A program made the translations under genes and the position numbers. DNA of 63,955 bases, the filler included, from Octopus bimaculoides (taxonomy: Eukaryota), in assembly GCF_001194135.2 (NCBI RefSeq). It is 5 parts of 5 records of this genome, joined end to end, with 100 filler letters (N's around TTAATTAATTAA, not from the genome) between each part and the next. Parts side by side here need not be neighbours in the genome. Positions count along the whole stretch, not along the records: positions 62,902 to 63,955 come from NW_026303853.1; 4 more parts are not named here. One strand, given 5' to 3'. This document shows, piece after piece, positions 62,902 to 63,955 of the stretch; position 1 is the stretch's first letter, and the number at the start of each line of letters is the position of its first letter. A model generated the notes under the pieces. That model searched no databases. It worked only from the letters and a program-made list of their open reading frames with translations, and was not told the DNA's origin.

Positions 62902-63955
62902 ATATATATATATATATATATATACATATGCATGCACATATAGAAACACATACATATACATACATATACATATATATTTGTATTTATATATTAGTATATA
63001 TATATAAATACATGTATATAAGTATATTCATATATACATATATTTATACATACACACAAATACTCGTACACACACATACACACACACTATGTTTGTATAA
63101 ATGTTATACATATACTTGTAAACAGACATACCAAATGCAGCGACGCTAAATAAGCTCTCTATAGCTTCGGGCATATTAAATAGTGCATTTCATATGTAAC
63201 TCATAATGAAACTTGTATCTCATCGGCTTGTATATACGCGTACACTCACAGTGACAAGCGTATATTACTCATACATGCATACATGCATATATGCATAACT
63301 GATTCTGATAGCAAACTCTCAAGTTACAATGTATTAATTTTAACGTAAGCATGTATTAAACCGTAACTCTGTATTAAATGCATTCAATATATTAATAATT
63401 GGTTTATCGTAATTTCTTATCTAAAGATATATGAGTCATCTTGATAAAAATCTAGCCTAACAATATTGTCTTATGAATAATACGAATATAACACAATTTG
63501 TGGAATATTAATCTGGGAAGCGATTCGAAATATCTGGTATATTATACTGCATTACGCATACTATTGAAAGATCATTACAGTTTCGCGCCTTTAACGTTGA
63601 TATTGTTCACTTTTGGTGGTGCCAATGGCGAAAAGTCACGGAAATAGCTAACGAATGTACAGAACAATGACGAAAATAAACACAACAAAATAAAACATGC
63701 ACATAGAAAAGGAAGTCGTCCGGCTGCAAGGCAGGCAGATATGGGGTAACGCAAAGGAAAATGAATATATCTTGTAAGACTGGAGACAAGAGAAAAACAA
63801 TAGAAAATCAGAACGAAGTAAGGTATTAGGGAGGGAGAATGAGAGAAATAAAGTGGGAAGGAGGCAAAAGTGAGGCAAAGAAATAGAATATACATACGTA
63901 GATAAATACATGCATACATACATACATATACATACATACATACATACATACATAC

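Overview
AT-rich, microsatellite-dense eukaryotic genomic DNA. The reelin exons, tRNA-derived SINEs and RTE-LINE tails fit an octopod cephalopod assembly (organism is inference). Four identical 100-bp synthetic spacers (44 N + TTAATTAATTAA + 44 N) split the window into five assembly pieces: 1-23731, 23832-37483, 37584-60947, 61048-62801 and 62902-63955. The only well-supported host gene is five consecutive + strand exons of a reelin gene (24430-24644, 26130-26290, 29479-29686, 31267-31511, 34471-34659). They splice GT-AG in compatible phases into 339 uninterrupted codons: end of sub-repeat A, EGF, sub-repeat B, start of the next repeat. All five lie in the second piece. The rest is repeats: several tRNA-head SINE families with shared modules, many RTE-LINE fragments and (GAT)n-tailed 3' ends, two R4/Dong-like retrotransposon 3' ends on (AAT)n, and remnants of CR1-like, L1/Tx1-like, Penelope-like, Tigger-like, hAT-MITE-like, Helentron-like and possibly Sola-like elements. 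The most notable unexplained structures are a near-perfect 65-bp-arm hairpin (36793-36926), a ~450-bp fold-back palindrome (13963-14415), a Gly-to-Glu Asp-box codon in reelin that A-to-I editing could restore, a candidate promoter/first exon (~2330-2636) and an orphan 43-nt exon (58903-58945). Most ORFs in the supplied track are microsatellite or N-gap artefacts.
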